A stretch of 64,000 nucleotides of DNA from an uncultured bacterium (GTDB lineage Bacteria; Bacteroidota; Bacteroidia; J057; JADKCL01), in assembly GCA_963923035.1 (NCBI GenBank), contig CAWUKT010000031.1, forward strand, positions 119 to 64,118, read 5' to 3'. Within the stretch, counting starts at the first letter, position 1. Each line of letters opens with the position of its first letter. The translations under genes and the position numbers were made by a program. Below, piece after piece: positions 28,553 to 39,611 of the stretch. Below the pieces are notes generated by a model. It saw only the letters and a list, made by a program, of their open reading frames with translations. It was not told the DNA's origin and searched no databases.

Positions 28553-30382
28553 ATGGCCGAGACGAAAGAAAAAAAGCAGGACATCGAAAAAGGTAATATT
28601 TCTGTCCATACCGAGAACATTTTCCCCATCATCAAGAAATCCCTGTACAGCGACCACGAAATTTTCCTGCGGGAATTGGTCGCCAACGCCATTGATGCCA
28701 CCCGCAAGGTGAAGCACCTGGCCGCGATTGGGAAGTACAAAGATGAATTGGGTGACCTGACCATCGAAATTGAGCTGGACAAGGAAGCCAAGACGATCAC
28801 CATCAAAGACCGGGGGATCGGAATGTCAGGCGACGAAGTCCGGAAGTACATCAACCAGGTGGCATTTTCCGGAGCCGAAGAATTTGTCAAGAAATTCAAA
28901 GAGGTCAAGGACACCAAGGAAATCATCGGCCAATTTGGGCTCGGCTTCTACTCTGCATTTATGGTGGCAGACGAAGTGGAGATTTTCACCCGCTCCTACC
29001 GCAAAAATACTGGCGGCGTCCACTGGACCTGCGACGGTTCGACCGAATACACCCTCGAAAAATTGTCCCGCAAAGAGCGGGGAACCGATATTGTCCTCCA
29101 CGTAGGCGAGGACAGCGATGAATTTCTGGAAGCCAGCCGACTCAAGGGCATCCTCGACAAGTACTGCAAATACCTGCCCTTTGAGATCAAGTTCGATGGG
29201 GAAACCATCAATGAGACCAAGCCGATCTGGACCAAGCCGCCGGCCGAAATTTCCGACGAAGAGTACATTGAGTTTTTCAAACAAATGTATCCCTTCTCCG
29301 GCGAGCCCCTGTTCTGGATCCACCTCAACGTTGATTACCCCTTCGAACTCACTGGCATCCTCTATTTTCCCAAGCTCCGCAACGAAGTCGAGCTCAAGAA
29401 GGACAAAATCCACCTCTACAGCCGTCAGGTGTTCATCACCGACAACGTCGAAGACATCGTCCCCGAATACCTGGGCCTCCTCCAGGGCGTGATCGATTCG
29501 CCCGACATCCCCCTCAACGTTTCGCGCTCCTACCTCCAGACCGATTCCAACGTCCGCAAAATCAGCACCTATATTTCCAAGAAGGTCGCGGACAAGCTCA
29601 AAAATCTGTTCAAGGAAGACCGGGACAAGTACCAGGAAAAATGGAAGGACATCGAGGTCTTCATCAAGTACGGCATGCTCTCGGACGAGAAATTCTACGA
29701 TCGGGTGGAAGACGCTTGCTTGGTGGAAAATGTCAATGGTGAGTTCTTCACCCTGGACGAATACAAGCAGAAAATCGCCGACAACCAGACCGACAAGAAC
29801 GATACGCTGGTTTACCTCTACGCCAATGACAAGGTGGCGCAGGACATCTTTGTCCGGTCTGCCACCAACAAAGGCTACGACGTCCTGCTGATGAGCAGTC
29901 TGATTGACAGCCACTTCATTGGATTGATGGAGCGGAAGTTGGAGAAGACGAACTGGAAGCGGGTCGATGCCGATTCTGTGGACAAGCTGATCGAGAAAGA
30001 CGAAGCGCAAGTGAGCGTGTTGAGCGAGGATCAGGAAAAAGCCATCGAAGAGCTGTTCAAAGGCGTGGCCAAAGACGGCACTTCCGTCAAGACCGAAGCC
30101 CTCGGCAGCGAACAAATGCCGGTCGTCATTGTGCGGCCCGAGTTCATGCGGCGCATGCAAGAGCAGGCCATGCTCAGCGGGATGCGCGAGCAATTGCCCG
30201 AGCAGTACACCGTGATCGTGAACACGAGCCACGAAATCGCCGAGCAATTGCTGGCGACGGAAGGTGAACCCCAGGAATCCACGGCCAAGCACTTGTTGGA
30301 CCTGGCCCGCCTGTCCCAGGGCCTCCTGCAAGGGCCCGAACTCACGCAATTCCTGGAACGGAGCATTGCGATGATCAAATAA
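28553..30382 (+). CDS. htpG: Molecular chaperone HtpG (Hsp90)
   Basis: LYSDHEIFLRELVANAIDA, DRGIGM, IGQFGLGFYSAF, PLNVSRS. Confidence 0.97.
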   Translation: MAETKEKKQDIEKGNISVHTENIFPIIKKSLYSDHEIFLRELVANAIDATRKVKHLAAIGKYKDELGDLTIEIELDKEAKTITIKDRGIGMSGDEVRKYINQVAFSGAEEFVKKFKEVKDTKEIIGQFGLGFYSAFMVADEVEIFTRSYRKNTGGVHWTCDGSTEYTLEKLSRKERGTDIVLHVGEDSDEFLEASRLKGILDKYCKYLPFEIKFDGETINETKPIWTKPPAEISDEEYIEFFKQMYPFSGEPLFWIHLNVDYPFELTGILYFPKLRNEVELKKDKIHLYSRQVFITDNVEDIVPEYLGLLQGVIDSPDIPLNVSRSYLQTDSNVRKISTYISKKVADKLKNLFKEDRDKYQEKWKDIEVFIKYGMLSDEKFYDRVEDACLVENVNGEFFTLDEYKQKIADNQTDKNDTLVYLYANDKVAQDIFVRSATNKGYDVLLMSSLIDSHFIGLMERKLEKTNWKRVDADSVDKLIEKDEAQVSVLSEDQEKAIEELFKGVAKDGTSVKTEALGSEQMPVVIVRPEFMRRMQEQAMLSGMREQLPEQYTVIVNTSHEIAEQLLATEGEPQESTAKHLLDLARLSQGLLQGPELTQFLERSIAMIK

Positions 30383-30408
30383 GTATTTTAGGAAAGCATT
30401 TTTGGATA

Positions 30409-30438
30409 AAGAGCAGCCGCGGTCCCGTGGCTGCTCTT
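30409..30438 (+). terminator. Hairpin after htpG
   Basis: AAGAGCAGCCGCGG..CCGTGGCTGCTCTT. Confidence 0.55.
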
Positions 30439-30544
30439 GCATTATATATATAGGTAGTGCGACGATGGGGTGTTGTTCGGGAAATAAAGGGCGAAGAAAT
30501 GGATACAGTTGATTTTGGGTGGGGAAAAGTCGGAAATTGAATGC

Positions 30545-31930
30545 ATGAAGCGCATGATCATGATCTGGTGCTTGGCCATCGTTGCGATGTCCTGTGGCGA
30601 GTCGACTCCGAGCGCGGAGCCGATGGCAGCTCCTCAGGATACCCTGCCGGCCAAACCCAGCTTGGCACCCGACCAATTGCACCGGCAAGTGCCGGTCCCT
30701 GGGGCGGAGGACCTCCAGATGTCCATTTTCCTCCCCTCTCAACGCCCCGCCCAAGCTCCTCTGATCCTGGCCCTGGATGCCCAGGGTGATGGAGACCGCC
30801 CGGTCAAGGAGTATCAGGACCTCGCTGCGCAGCGAGGTTGGATCCTGGTGGGTTCCCACAACAGCCAGAATGGCCGCCCCGCCCAGCAAAATATCACGGC
30901 CGTTTCCCGCACCCTGGACCAGCTATTGGCCCATTACGAAGTCGATCCTGGGCGAATTTACCTCGCTGGATTCAGCGGAGGCGCCCGCATCGCCTACCTC
31001 ACCGCAGCCCAACGCCAGGAGGTGGCCGGGGTGGTGACCTGTGGGGCGGGAATGGCCCCCCAACCGCAGGAACGCGGCTTCTCGGTCTTCGGCATCGTCG
31101 GGGACGAGGACTTCAATTACCTGGAAATGGTCCAGGTCCACATGGCGCTGACCACCGGCGGCAAACCCAACTGGTTGGAGGTCGTGGATGGCGGCCATAC
31201 GTGGCCCCCCGCCGAAACGATGGGCGACGCATGGGATTGGCTGGATTTCCGGGCCATGGAATATGGGACCCTGCCAGTGGATTCGGCGCGCCTCGAAGCC
31301 TGTCAGAAGAAGATTCAGGCGGAAGGCGAGCCCAACGATCCCCGCAATGAAATGCAGCGGTTGGAAAAAGAGTTGAGCTGGTTGGGGGGCGATATAGAGG
31401 AGTTTCGTCCGCGACTTCAGGCCGCCCAACGCAAATTGGCGTATCGGCAGGCCGTCATGGAGGACCGCCAGCGAATGGAAGAGGAGGCCCGGTTGCGGCA
31501 GGATTTTCAGTTCAAGCTCCAGACGGAAGGCCTGGATTTCTGGGAAAAAGAAGCCCGGCGCTTGCGGAAGGAAGGAGAGCAGGACAATGAAGACGGGAAA
31601 ATGACCATGCGCGGGGTGAATTTGTTGAGCCTGCTCAGTTACAGCTATACCAACGAATTCCTCGCCCAACAAGACCTTATCAATGCCGAGAAATACGCCC
31701 AGATTTATGAGTGGATTGACCCGGAGAATTCCGAATGGGCGGTGCTACAAGCGAAACTGGCGGGCCGCCGCCAGAATGCCGATGAAACCTGGAGTCACCT
31801 CCAGACGGCGGTGAAATTGGGTTTTCTGGATGCGGACCGGTTGCAGTCCGATCCTGATTTCATTCTCCTGCACAGCCGCCCCGATTTCTTTTCCCTCGTC
31901 GATTCCCTCGCCCAATTGGAGGCCAACTGA
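30545..31930 (+). CDS. Lipoprotein with alpha/beta-hydrolase domain and C-terminal TPR-like domain
   Basis: Lipobox AMSC; nucleophile elbow GFSGG, GDEDFN, GGHTWP; C-terminal AVKLGF..DPDF..L. Confidence 0.75.
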   Translation: MKRMIMIWCLAIVAMSCGESTPSAEPMAAPQDTLPAKPSLAPDQLHRQVPVPGAEDLQMSIFLPSQRPAQAPLILALDAQGDGDRPVKEYQDLAAQRGWILVGSHNSQNGRPAQQNITAVSRTLDQLLAHYEVDPGRIYLAGFSGGARIAYLTAAQRQEVAGVVTCGAGMAPQPQERGFSVFGIVGDEDFNYLEMVQVHMALTTGGKPNWLEVVDGGHTWPPAETMGDAWDWLDFRAMEYGTLPVDSARLEACQKKIQAEGEPNDPRNEMQRLEKELSWLGGDIEEFRPRLQAAQRKLAYRQAVMEDRQRMEEEARLRQDFQFKLQTEGLDFWEKEARRLRKEGEQDNEDGKMTMRGVNLLSLLSYSYTNEFLAQQDLINAEKYAQIYEWIDPENSEWAVLQAKLAGRRQNADETWSHLQTAVKLGFLDADRLQSDPDFILLHSRPDFFSLVDSLAQLEAN

Positions 31931-31992
31931 TTCCAACAAGAAACCCCTTGCAACCACTGGTCACAAGGGGCCCATTTTAAATTAGCACGGTA

Positions 31993-33897
31993 TCAGACGA
32001 GTGCACCCGCTTTGATCTCGTCGACCACATCCGGGTCGAGCAAGGTCGAGGTGTCACCCAAGTTATCGGCCGTACCTTCCGCCACTTTGCGGAGGATGCG
32101 GCGCATAATTTTTCCACTTCGCGTTTTCGGCAACCCGCTCACAAACTGAATCTTCTCGGGCCGCGCAATTTTCCCAATCACATCCACCACCGACTCCACA
32201 ATTTCGCCGCGGACCGTTTCCGGATCCACATCGCCATCTTTCAAAATCACATACGCATAGATGGATTGGCCCTTGATCGGGTGGGGATAGCCCACCACCG
32301 CCGATTCGACGACCCGCTTGTTCAGGTTGATCGCATTCTCGATTTCGGCCGTGCCCAGGCGGTGTCCCGAGACGTTGATGACATCGTCCACCCGGCCGAT
32401 GACCCGGAACAGGCCATTGGCGTCGCGCTTGGCACCGTCACCGGTGAAATAGTGGCCATTGAAGGCGCTGAAATAGGTATTGCGGCAGCGTTCGTGGTCG
32501 CCCCAGGTCGTCCGCAGGATCGACGGCCAGGGATGCTTGATGCACAAGAGGCCTTCCTGCTCATTTTCGGTGATTTCATTGCCGTCCGGGTCGAGCAGGA
32601 CCGGCTGGATGCCCGGCAAAGGAAGTCCCGCGTGGCACGGATTCATGGGGCTATGCGCCCCCAGCCCGGACAGCATGATGCCGCCCGTCTCTGTTTGCCA
32701 CCACGTATCCACAATCGGACAACGCTCCTTGCCCACGTGCAGGTGGTACCAGTTCCAGGCCTCCACATTGATGGGCTCGCCAACGGTCCCCAAAACCTTG
32801 AGGGAATCCAGGCTATAACTCAGGACGTGGTCCAACGGATAGGCCATGAGGGCCCGAATGGCTGTCGGAGCGGTGTAAAACTGGTTGACGCTGTGCTTGT
32901 CGACGACCTGCCAGAAACGGCCGGGATCCGGGTAGGTCGGAACCCCTTCGAACATGACCGTGGTCGCTCCCGCCGCGAGTGGGCCGTAGAGGATATAGCT
33001 GTGGCCGGTGATCCAACCAATGTCAGCAGTACACCAGTAGATATCGCTTTCTTCGTATTGGAAGACGTTGGCGAAGGAATAGGTCGTGTAGACCATGTAG
33101 CCGCCGGTGGTATGGACGACGCCCTTGGGTTTGCCGGTGGAGCCGGAGGTATAGAGGATGAACAAGGGATCTTCCGAGTCCATTTCTTCGGCCGGGCAGT
33201 CCGATCCGATGCCTTCGAGGGCGTCGTGGAGCCAAACGTCCCGTCCTTCGACCATATTGGGTTCCCAACCGAGGTGCTGGGCGACGAGGACGGTTTCCAC
33301 CGAATCGCAGGACTTGAGGGCCTCATCGACGACCCGCTTTGCGGGAATTTGCTTCGCGCCGCGGGCGATGCCGTCGGCGGTGATGACCATCTTGCAGGTT
33401 GCATCCTGGATGCGGTCCGCGAGGGCTTTGGCGGAGAAACCGGCAAAGACCACCGAGTGGATGGCGCCAATCCGGGCGCAGGCCAGCGTGGCAAAGGCCA
33501 GTTCGGGGATCATGGGCATGTACAGGCAGACGCGGTCGCCTTTTTGGATGCCGTGGGCTTTCAGGACGTTTGCGAATCGTCCGACTTCAGCGTGCAGTTC
33601 CTTGTAGGTATAGCGGCGGACCTTGTCGGTCGGATCATTGGGTTCCCAAATCAGGGCGATCTTGTTGCCGCGGGTTTCCAGGTGTCGGTCCAGACAGTTT
33701 TCGGTGATGTTCAGTTTGCCGCCGATGAACCATTTGACATCGGGCCCTTCGAAGTCCCATTCCAGGACCTTGTCCCATTTCTTTCGCCATTGGAACTGGG
33801 AAGCAATGCCGCCCCAGAACTCTTCGGGGTTGTCGACGCTGTGTTGGTATGCTTCCTGGTACGCTTCGAATGATTGGAGTCGCAAATCCATAGCCAT
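31993..33897 (-). CDS. acs: Acetyl-coenzyme A synthetase
   Basis: YTSGSTGKPKG, TADIGWITGHSY, DTWWQTETG, PKTRSGKIMRR. Confidence 0.97.
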   Translation of the reverse strand: MAMDLRLQSFEAYQEAYQHSVDNPEEFWGGIASQFQWRKKWDKVLEWDFEGPDVKWFIGGKLNITENCLDRHLETRGNKIALIWEPNDPTDKVRRYTYKELHAEVGRFANVLKAHGIQKGDRVCLYMPMIPELAFATLACARIGAIHSVVFAGFSAKALADRIQDATCKMVITADGIARGAKQIPAKRVVDEALKSCDSVETVLVAQHLGWEPNMVEGRDVWLHDALEGIGSDCPAEEMDSEDPLFILYTSGSTGKPKGVVHTTGGYMVYTTYSFANVFQYEESDIYWCTADIGWITGHSYILYGPLAAGATTVMFEGVPTYPDPGRFWQVVDKHSVNQFYTAPTAIRALMAYPLDHVLSYSLDSLKVLGTVGEPINVEAWNWYHLHVGKERCPIVDTWWQTETGGIMLSGLGAHSPMNPCHAGLPLPGIQPVLLDPDGNEITENEQEGLLCIKHPWPSILRTTWGDHERCRNTYFSAFNGHYFTGDGAKRDANGLFRVIGRVDDVINVSGHRLGTAEIENAINLNKRVVESAVVGYPHPIKGQSIYAYVILKDGDVDPETVRGEIVESVVDVIGKIARPEKIQFVSGLPKTRSGKIMRRILRKVAEGTADNLGDTSTLLDPDVVDEIKAGALV

Positions 33898-33980
33898 TTA
33901 AGTTTTTGAGTTATTGCATTGGGTAAGGAAAATGGGCACGCTTCCGGGGAAGCGTATCCGGGGTGGCCGCTTGAGCGGCC

Positions 33981-34364
33981 TTATGAACCAGGTTGATCCA
34001 GGAGGACTTTTACTTTCTTCATCAGATCACGGGTCGAAAAGGGTTTGGGAACGTAGAGGTCAGCCCCCAGCGCCAATCCCTTTTCAATGTCCGCCTCTTT
34101 GCTCTTGGCCGACATGAAAACCACTTTGCAGGCTGCGAGCCGTTCCGTCGAGCGGACATATTCGCAGACCTCGTAGCCATTCACCTTGGGCATCATGATG
34201 TCCAGCAGCAGCAAGTCCGGAGAATGGTCATTCAGCAGCGCCAACGCTTCTTCCCCGTCCCGTCCCACAAACACCTCGTAGCCCTTTCGGCGAAAGAGGT
34301 AGTCCAGGGACATGACGATATTGGGCTCGTCGTCAACAATCAGCACCTTGTGGGGAGTCTTCAT
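33981..34364 (-). CDS. Stand-alone response regulator receiver protein
   Basis: 127 aa; LIVDDE, LLDIMMP, SA, KPF; no output domain. Confidence 0.92.
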   Translation of the reverse strand: MKTPHKVLIVDDEPNIVMSLDYLFRRKGYEVFVGRDGEEALALLNDHSPDLLLLDIMMPKVNGYEVCEYVRSTERLAACKVVFMSAKSKEADIEKGLALGADLYVPKPFSTRDLMKKVKVLLDQPGS

Positions 34365-34367
34365 GGG

Positions 34368-37084
34368 CTATTTTGAGGCTTGGAGGGGAATAAGAAACGA
34401 AAATTTAGCTCCTTTTCCCAACTCACTTTCCACCCACAACGTCCCTCCGTGCAATTCAACAATCTGCTTGCAGATTGCCAAGCCCAAGCCACTGCCGGGC
34501 CGGGGCGCATTCCCCCGGGACCGAACCTGGTAAAATTTATCAAAGATCGATGTTTGCTCATCCGGGGCCAGCCCCTCTCCATTGTCTTCCACATTGACCT
34601 TGATGCTGCGGTCGTAGCGGTACATGGAGACCTCAATGCGCCCTCCGGGCTGGCGGCAGAATTTCAGCGCATTGGTCAGCAGGTTCAACATGACCTGCTT
34701 GAGTTTGTCGGCGTCGCCCTGCAAACGGGGCGCCGAGAGTTGGAGATCGACGACCAGGTCGATCCCCCGTGATTCGGCCTGGGGCCGAATTTCAAAGCTG
34801 ACTTCCTGCACCATCTTCACCATATCCACCTCTGTCAGCAGCAATTTTTGTTTTCCCGACTCGTACTTCTCCAAATCCAACACCAGCGAAATCAGGCGTC
34901 CCATCCGCTCACTCTCCTGCATGATCGTATTCAGAAATTTTTCCCGCTCCTCATCCTCCATGTCTTCCACATCCAACAGCAGCTCGGACAAGGCCAGAAT
35001 GGTTGTTAGGGGAGTCCGCAGCTCGTGGGTGACCGTGTATAAAAATTCATCTTCAACACGTCCTGCTGCTTGAGTTGTTCGTTGACCTCCCGCAGCGCCT
35101 CTGTGGCTTTTTTCAATTCATCTGACTTCTCCTTCAATTCCCGGTTGGTCGTCCGCACCTGTTGGGACTCCCGCAGGATCAGGTATACATCTTCCATGGA
35201 CACCTTTTCTTCCTGCACCACCGTCGAAACCAGGACCCGGGCCGAAGCAGCCCCCACAATTCCCGTCAACAGCTTTTCCGCAAAGGTGATCAGGCGGGCG
35301 TCGGCTTCTTCGTATTGCTCCCAGTCGATCAGGTATTTGCGGGCAAAGACATCAAAAGCGCGCTCCACATACTCCTTTTGGTGAAAATCCTCCAGCAGAC
35401 TGCGGATGTCCGTGACCTTGGCCACCCCGCGCCGGGCAATAGAAGATTCGTAGTATTCCGCGTATTCAAAGATGTCCACGAATACCTCGGCCTGGTTGCG
35501 TTCGACCGAATCCTGCTTGGTAAAGAGGGAAACGCCGACGTAAAGAAGCGTATTGAACAACAGGCTCCAGAAGGTTCCGTGGGAAATGACGTCCAGTCCT
35601 TCCATGCCAAACAGTGCCGTGGGGCGCAGACCGGAAATTCCGCCGAGGCCATCACTGACCAGGGTAGAGGTCCCGAGCAACGAATCGGGCAGGGTAGGGA
35701 GGATCAGGGTGAAAAACCACAGGGCGAAGCCTGCGATGAGTCCGGTGACGGCTCCCCGGCGGTTGCCTTGTTTCCAGAAAATGCCTCCGAGGGACGCGGG
35801 AATAAATTGGGAGACGGCGACGAAGGAGATGAGGCCAATCTGGGCGAGGGAATAAGGCGCGGCGACGAATCGGTAGAACAGATAGGCCAGCAGAATGATG
35901 GCCGCGATGCTGAACCGCCGGGAGTATTGGGCGGTCTTGCCCAATTGGCGGACCCGGTTGCGCAACCGGGGGGCCTTGATCAGGGCCGGCATCAGGATAT
36001 TGTTGCTGAGAGCAAGTCCCAGGGCGATCGAGGAGACGATGATCATGCTGGTGGAAGCCGCAAAGCCGCCGATGAAGGCGATCAGCGCGACGAGGGGTTC
36101 TCCTGAGTCCAGGGGAATGGCCAGCATGAAGATATCGCCCGAGACCGATCCGTCTGGGAAGATAATATTGCCGCCGAGGGCCACGGGCATCACAAAGAAA
36201 TTGATCAGCAGGAGGTACAGGGGGAACATCCAGATGGCCTTGCGCAGGTGATTGGCGTCGGCATTTTCAATGACACCCACCTGGAATTGGCGCGGTAGGA
36301 AAAGAAAAGCGCCCATGGCCAATAATACGAGAAAGAACCATCCGCCGTAGCCTTCGCCCTGGTCGATGTGCAGCAAGCGTTCCAGTTCAGGGTTGTCGGC
36401 CGCAGTTTGGAAGATTTCCCCCAATCCATCGAATGAAAACCAAGCTACAAAGGCGCCCACAATCAGGAAGGCCAGCAATTTCACCACGGATTCGGCGGCG
36501 ACGGCGACTACCAGACCGGCATTGCGCTCGGTAGATTCAATTTTCCGGGTGCTGAACAGGATGGTAAAGAGCGTGAGGAGCAGGGCAAAGTAAAATGCGC
36601 TGTCCTGGAACATGCTGTTGGTTTCTCCATTTCCCCCACTCCAATGCGTCAGGACCTCAAAGCTGTCCGAAATGGCCTTGTGCTGGATGGAGATATAGGG
36701 AATCACCCCCATGACCATGAAGATGGTCACCAAAACCCCGACCCGGCTGCTCCGACCGTACCGGGTCGAAAGAAAGTCCGCAAAAGAAGAAATCCGTTGC
36801 GTCTTGCAGATGCGCATGAAGCGCCGCCAGAAGATCCACGCCAGGGGGATCACCAGGCTGGGACCGATGTAGATCGCAAGGAAGCTCATCCCGTTTCGGG
36901 AGGCATCCCCCACACTTCCGAAGAAGGTCCAGGCGGTGCAGTAAACAGCCAGGGAAAGGCTATAAATCCAGGGGCTCCGGGTCCATTTGCGGCCCCGACG
37001 CGCTTGTTTGTCACCCCAATAGGCGATTCCAAACAGGCCCGTCAGGTACAGGCAGGCTACCGCTATGACCCAGCCTTCATTCAT
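34368..37084 (-). pseudogene. Sodium:solute-symporter-fused histidine kinase (CrbS/CbrA-like), interrupted by a 1-nt frameshift near 35052 (real lesion or sequencing error)
   Basis: SSS domain (SLAVYCTAWTFFGSVG, LPRQFQV) in ORF 35006..37084; H-box DEFLYTVTHELRTPL and HATPase (NLLTNALKF, DNGEG, GSGLGL) in a shifted frame. Confidence 0.88.
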
Positions 37085-37286
37085 GCGCAGCGGACGAGGA
37101 TAAGGGTTTTCGGACGACCAGGAACAAGGTCAAAACGAGGATGGACCAAAAGAGGAAAAACAGCAGGTAGGATCGGGGGAAGGAAGAAGCGGGGACCTGA
37201 TCAAAGAGTTTTACCAAGGGAAAATTGAACAGGAGAAAAGCCACTCCCACCACAAACACGAATTTCCGGCCCAGTGACCGCTTCAT
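37077..37286 (-). CDS. Small 2-TM membrane protein (DUF3311-like partner of the SSS kinase)
   Basis: 69 aa with two hydrophobic segments (LLFNFP...YLLFFLFW); overlaps the kinase start. Confidence 0.7.
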   Translation of the reverse strand: MKRSLGRKFVFVVGVAFLLFNFPLVKLFDQVPASSFPRSYLLFFLFWSILVLTLFLVVRKPLSSSAAHE

Positions 37287-37510
37287 GTGCCGGCCTCCTG
37301 TTCGTTTTTCGGCCCAAACAGGAATTCAAAGTTCAGAAACCTTGCCCTTCCCAGGGCCCACAGGAAGACCAATCCAAATCCACCCAGCGCCACCGAAATC
37401 CAAATCGCGCCGCCCAGTTGGGGCTCGATCAGGAAGCGGAGGAAGAGGGTTCCCAGCATGTAAACAGTTACAAACAGGGCGGACATGCGAGAGGAAAGTA
37501 CCGTTTTCAT
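37283..37510 (-). CDS. Small 2-TM membrane protein
   Basis: 75 aa, two TM segments; 4-nt ATGA overlap with the next gene. Confidence 0.65.
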   Translation of the reverse strand: MKTVLSSRMSALFVTVYMLGTLFLRFLIEPQLGGAIWISVALGGFGLVFLWALGRARFLNFEFLFGPKNEQEAGT

Positions 37511-37563
37511 TGTAGTCAGAGATAAATTATGAAAAAGCAGCTAAAAAATGAGGGGAAAGAGAT

Positions 37564-37596
37564 AGGCCAGGCCGGGAGGAATCCCAACCTGGCCTT
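37564..37596 (-). terminator. Hairpin after the actP-like gene
   Basis: AGGCCAGG...CCTGGCCT stem. Confidence 0.5.
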
Positions 37597-37602
37597 CTGG
37601 GA

Positions 37603-39291
37603 TCAGTGGACGTGGGCATCACCAGCGCCACGCGGTACCCGGATGTCTTCCACCAGATTTTGAACATCAATGGGGGGAGCCGGGGTGCGTCGGGAGACGA
37701 TGTAGGAGACGGCGAAGTTCAGGAACATGCCGAGGGTTCCGATGCCAGCCGGGGAGATGCCGAACAGCCAGTAATCCGGATTGTCGTATTCGGGGAGGAT
37801 GAAACGGAACAGGACAATGTAGACCGTGGTGAAGGCCAGTCCGGTGATCATCCCGGAGACGGCACCCTGGCGGTTCATCCGCTTGTCAAAGATGCCCATC
37901 ACGATGGCTGGGAAGAAGCTCGACGCGGCCAATCCGAAGGCGAAGGCGACCACTTCCGCCACAAATCCAGGCGGATAGATGCCGAGGATACCCGCAACGA
38001 TGACGCCGAAGGCGGCGGCGATCCGGGCGATCCGGAGCTCTTGCTTGTCCGTCATGTTCGGTCGCAACTGCTTCTTGAACAAGTCGTGCGAGACGGACGT
38101 CGAGATGACCAGCAGCAAGCCGGCTGCTGTCGACAAGGCGGCGGCCAAGCCCCCCGCTGCCACAAGGGCCACGACCCAGTTCGGAAGCTGGGCGATCTCC
38201 GGGTTGGCGAGGACCATGATGTCCTTGTCAATGGTCAGCTCATTCTTTTCGGCGCTGCCCACATACTGGATCAGGCCGTCGTTGTTTTTGTCTTCGTATT
38301 TGATCAGACCGGTTTCTTCCCAGTTCACAAACCATTCCGGCATTTCAGAACGGGGCGCATTGTTGACCGTCGCGATGAGGTTGGTGCGGGCAAATGCAGC
38401 GATGGCAGGAGCCGTCGTGTAGAGGATGGCGATGAAGATCAGCGCCCAACCGGCCGACTTCCGCGCGTCCCGGACGCGGGGCACAGTGAAGAAACGTACA
38501 ATTACGTGGGGCAGACCGGCCGTACCGACCATCAGGGCTGCGGTGATGAAGAAAATATCAATGGTGGGTTTCGACCCATCTGTATATGACGCAAAGCCTA
38601 GTTCCTGGTGCAGGCCATCTAATTTGTCGAGGAGGAAGGTGCCATCGGCGACCTCAGACCCGAAGCCCAGCTGGGGGATCGGCGTACCGGTCATCATGAG
38701 CGAGATGAAGATGGCCGGGACCATGAAGGCAAAGATGAGGATACAGAACTGGGCGACCTGGGTATAGGTAATGCCTTTCATTCCGCCCAATACCGCGTAG
38801 AAGAATACAATTGCCATCCCGATGATCACTCCGACATTGACATCCACTTCCAGGAAGCGGGAGAAGACCACCCCCACGCCGCGCATCTGACCGGCGACAT
38901 AGGTAAAGGAGATGAAGATGGCAGCGACCACAGCCACGGTCCGGGCCGTTTGGGAATAGTAGCGGTCACCCACAAAGTCCGGCACCGTGAACTTCCCAAA
39001 TTTTCGAAGGTAGGGCGCCAGGAGTAAGGCCAGGAGTACGTATCCACCGGTCCAGCCCATCAGGTATACAGAGCCGTCGTAGCCGGAGAAGGAGATCAGT
39101 CCGGCCATGGAGATGAAGGAGGCCGCGGACATCCAGTCGGCCGCGGTGGCCATCCCGTTGGCGAGCGGCGGAACCCCGCCCCCGGCCACGTAGAATTCTT
39201 TCGAAGAGCCGGCGCGGCTCCACAAGGCGATCGCGATGTAGAGGGCAAACGTGACGCCTACGATGATATATGTGAGAGTTTGTACATCCAT
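37603..39291 (-). CDS. actP: Cation/acetate symporter (ActP-like, SSS family)
   Basis: NGMATAADWMSAASF, GTAGLPHVIVRFFTVP, AAALSTAAGLLL; adjacent to acs. Confidence 0.85.
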   Translation of the reverse strand: MDVQTLTYIIVGVTFALYIAIALWSRAGSSKEFYVAGGGVPPLANGMATAADWMSAASFISMAGLISFSGYDGSVYLMGWTGGYVLLALLLAPYLRKFGKFTVPDFVGDRYYSQTARTVAVVAAIFISFTYVAGQMRGVGVVFSRFLEVDVNVGVIIGMAIVFFYAVLGGMKGITYTQVAQFCILIFAFMVPAIFISLMMTGTPIPQLGFGSEVADGTFLLDKLDGLHQELGFASYTDGSKPTIDIFFITAALMVGTAGLPHVIVRFFTVPRVRDARKSAGWALIFIAILYTTAPAIAAFARTNLIATVNNAPRSEMPEWFVNWEETGLIKYEDKNNDGLIQYVGSAEKNELTIDKDIMVLANPEIAQLPNWVVALVAAGGLAAALSTAAGLLLVISTSVSHDLFKKQLRPNMTDKQELRIARIAAAFGVIVAGILGIYPPGFVAEVVAFAFGLAASSFFPAIVMGIFDKRMNRQGAVSGMITGLAFTTVYIVLFRFILPEYDNPDYWLFGISPAGIGTLGMFLNFAVSYIVSRRTPAPPIDVQNLVEDIRVPRGAGDAHVH

Positions 39292-39320
39292 AATTGACAG
39301 TGATTGAAAGTCAGTGGGAA

Positions 39321-39581
39321 TTATTGTTCGTCGACATCAAATTCGCGGTCAATGCGGTTCATGCGGACCACATACACGAAGACCAGGATGATGAAGGAAA
39401 AGATGGCTCCTTGTTGGGCAAACCAGAACCCGAGCTTGAACCCTCCGAAGCGGATGGTATTAAGGGGCTCGGCGAGCAGGATGCCAAAGCCGAAGGAAAC
39501 GATGAACCAGATGGTGAGCAGAATCGCCAGCAGCCGTAGGTTCTTCTTCCAGTAACGTTGGGCTTTTTCTTTGGATAACAT
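39321..39581 (-). CDS. DUF4212 small subunit of the solute symporter
   Basis: YWKKNL...LGFWFAQQG...MNRIDREFDVDE. Confidence 0.9.
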   Translation of the reverse strand: MLSKEKAQRYWKKNLRLLAILLTIWFIVSFGFGILLAEPLNTIRFGGFKLGFWFAQQGAIFSFIILVFVYVVRMNRIDREFDVDEQ

Positions 39582-39611
39582 AAGGCGGTGGTTGTGAAGT
39601 GGAAATCAAGA

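Noticed and set aside
30437-30460. dif-like site (GCATTATATATATAGGTAG)
   Set aside because: Poor match to XerC/XerD arm spacing; more likely AT-rich terminator or promoter flank.
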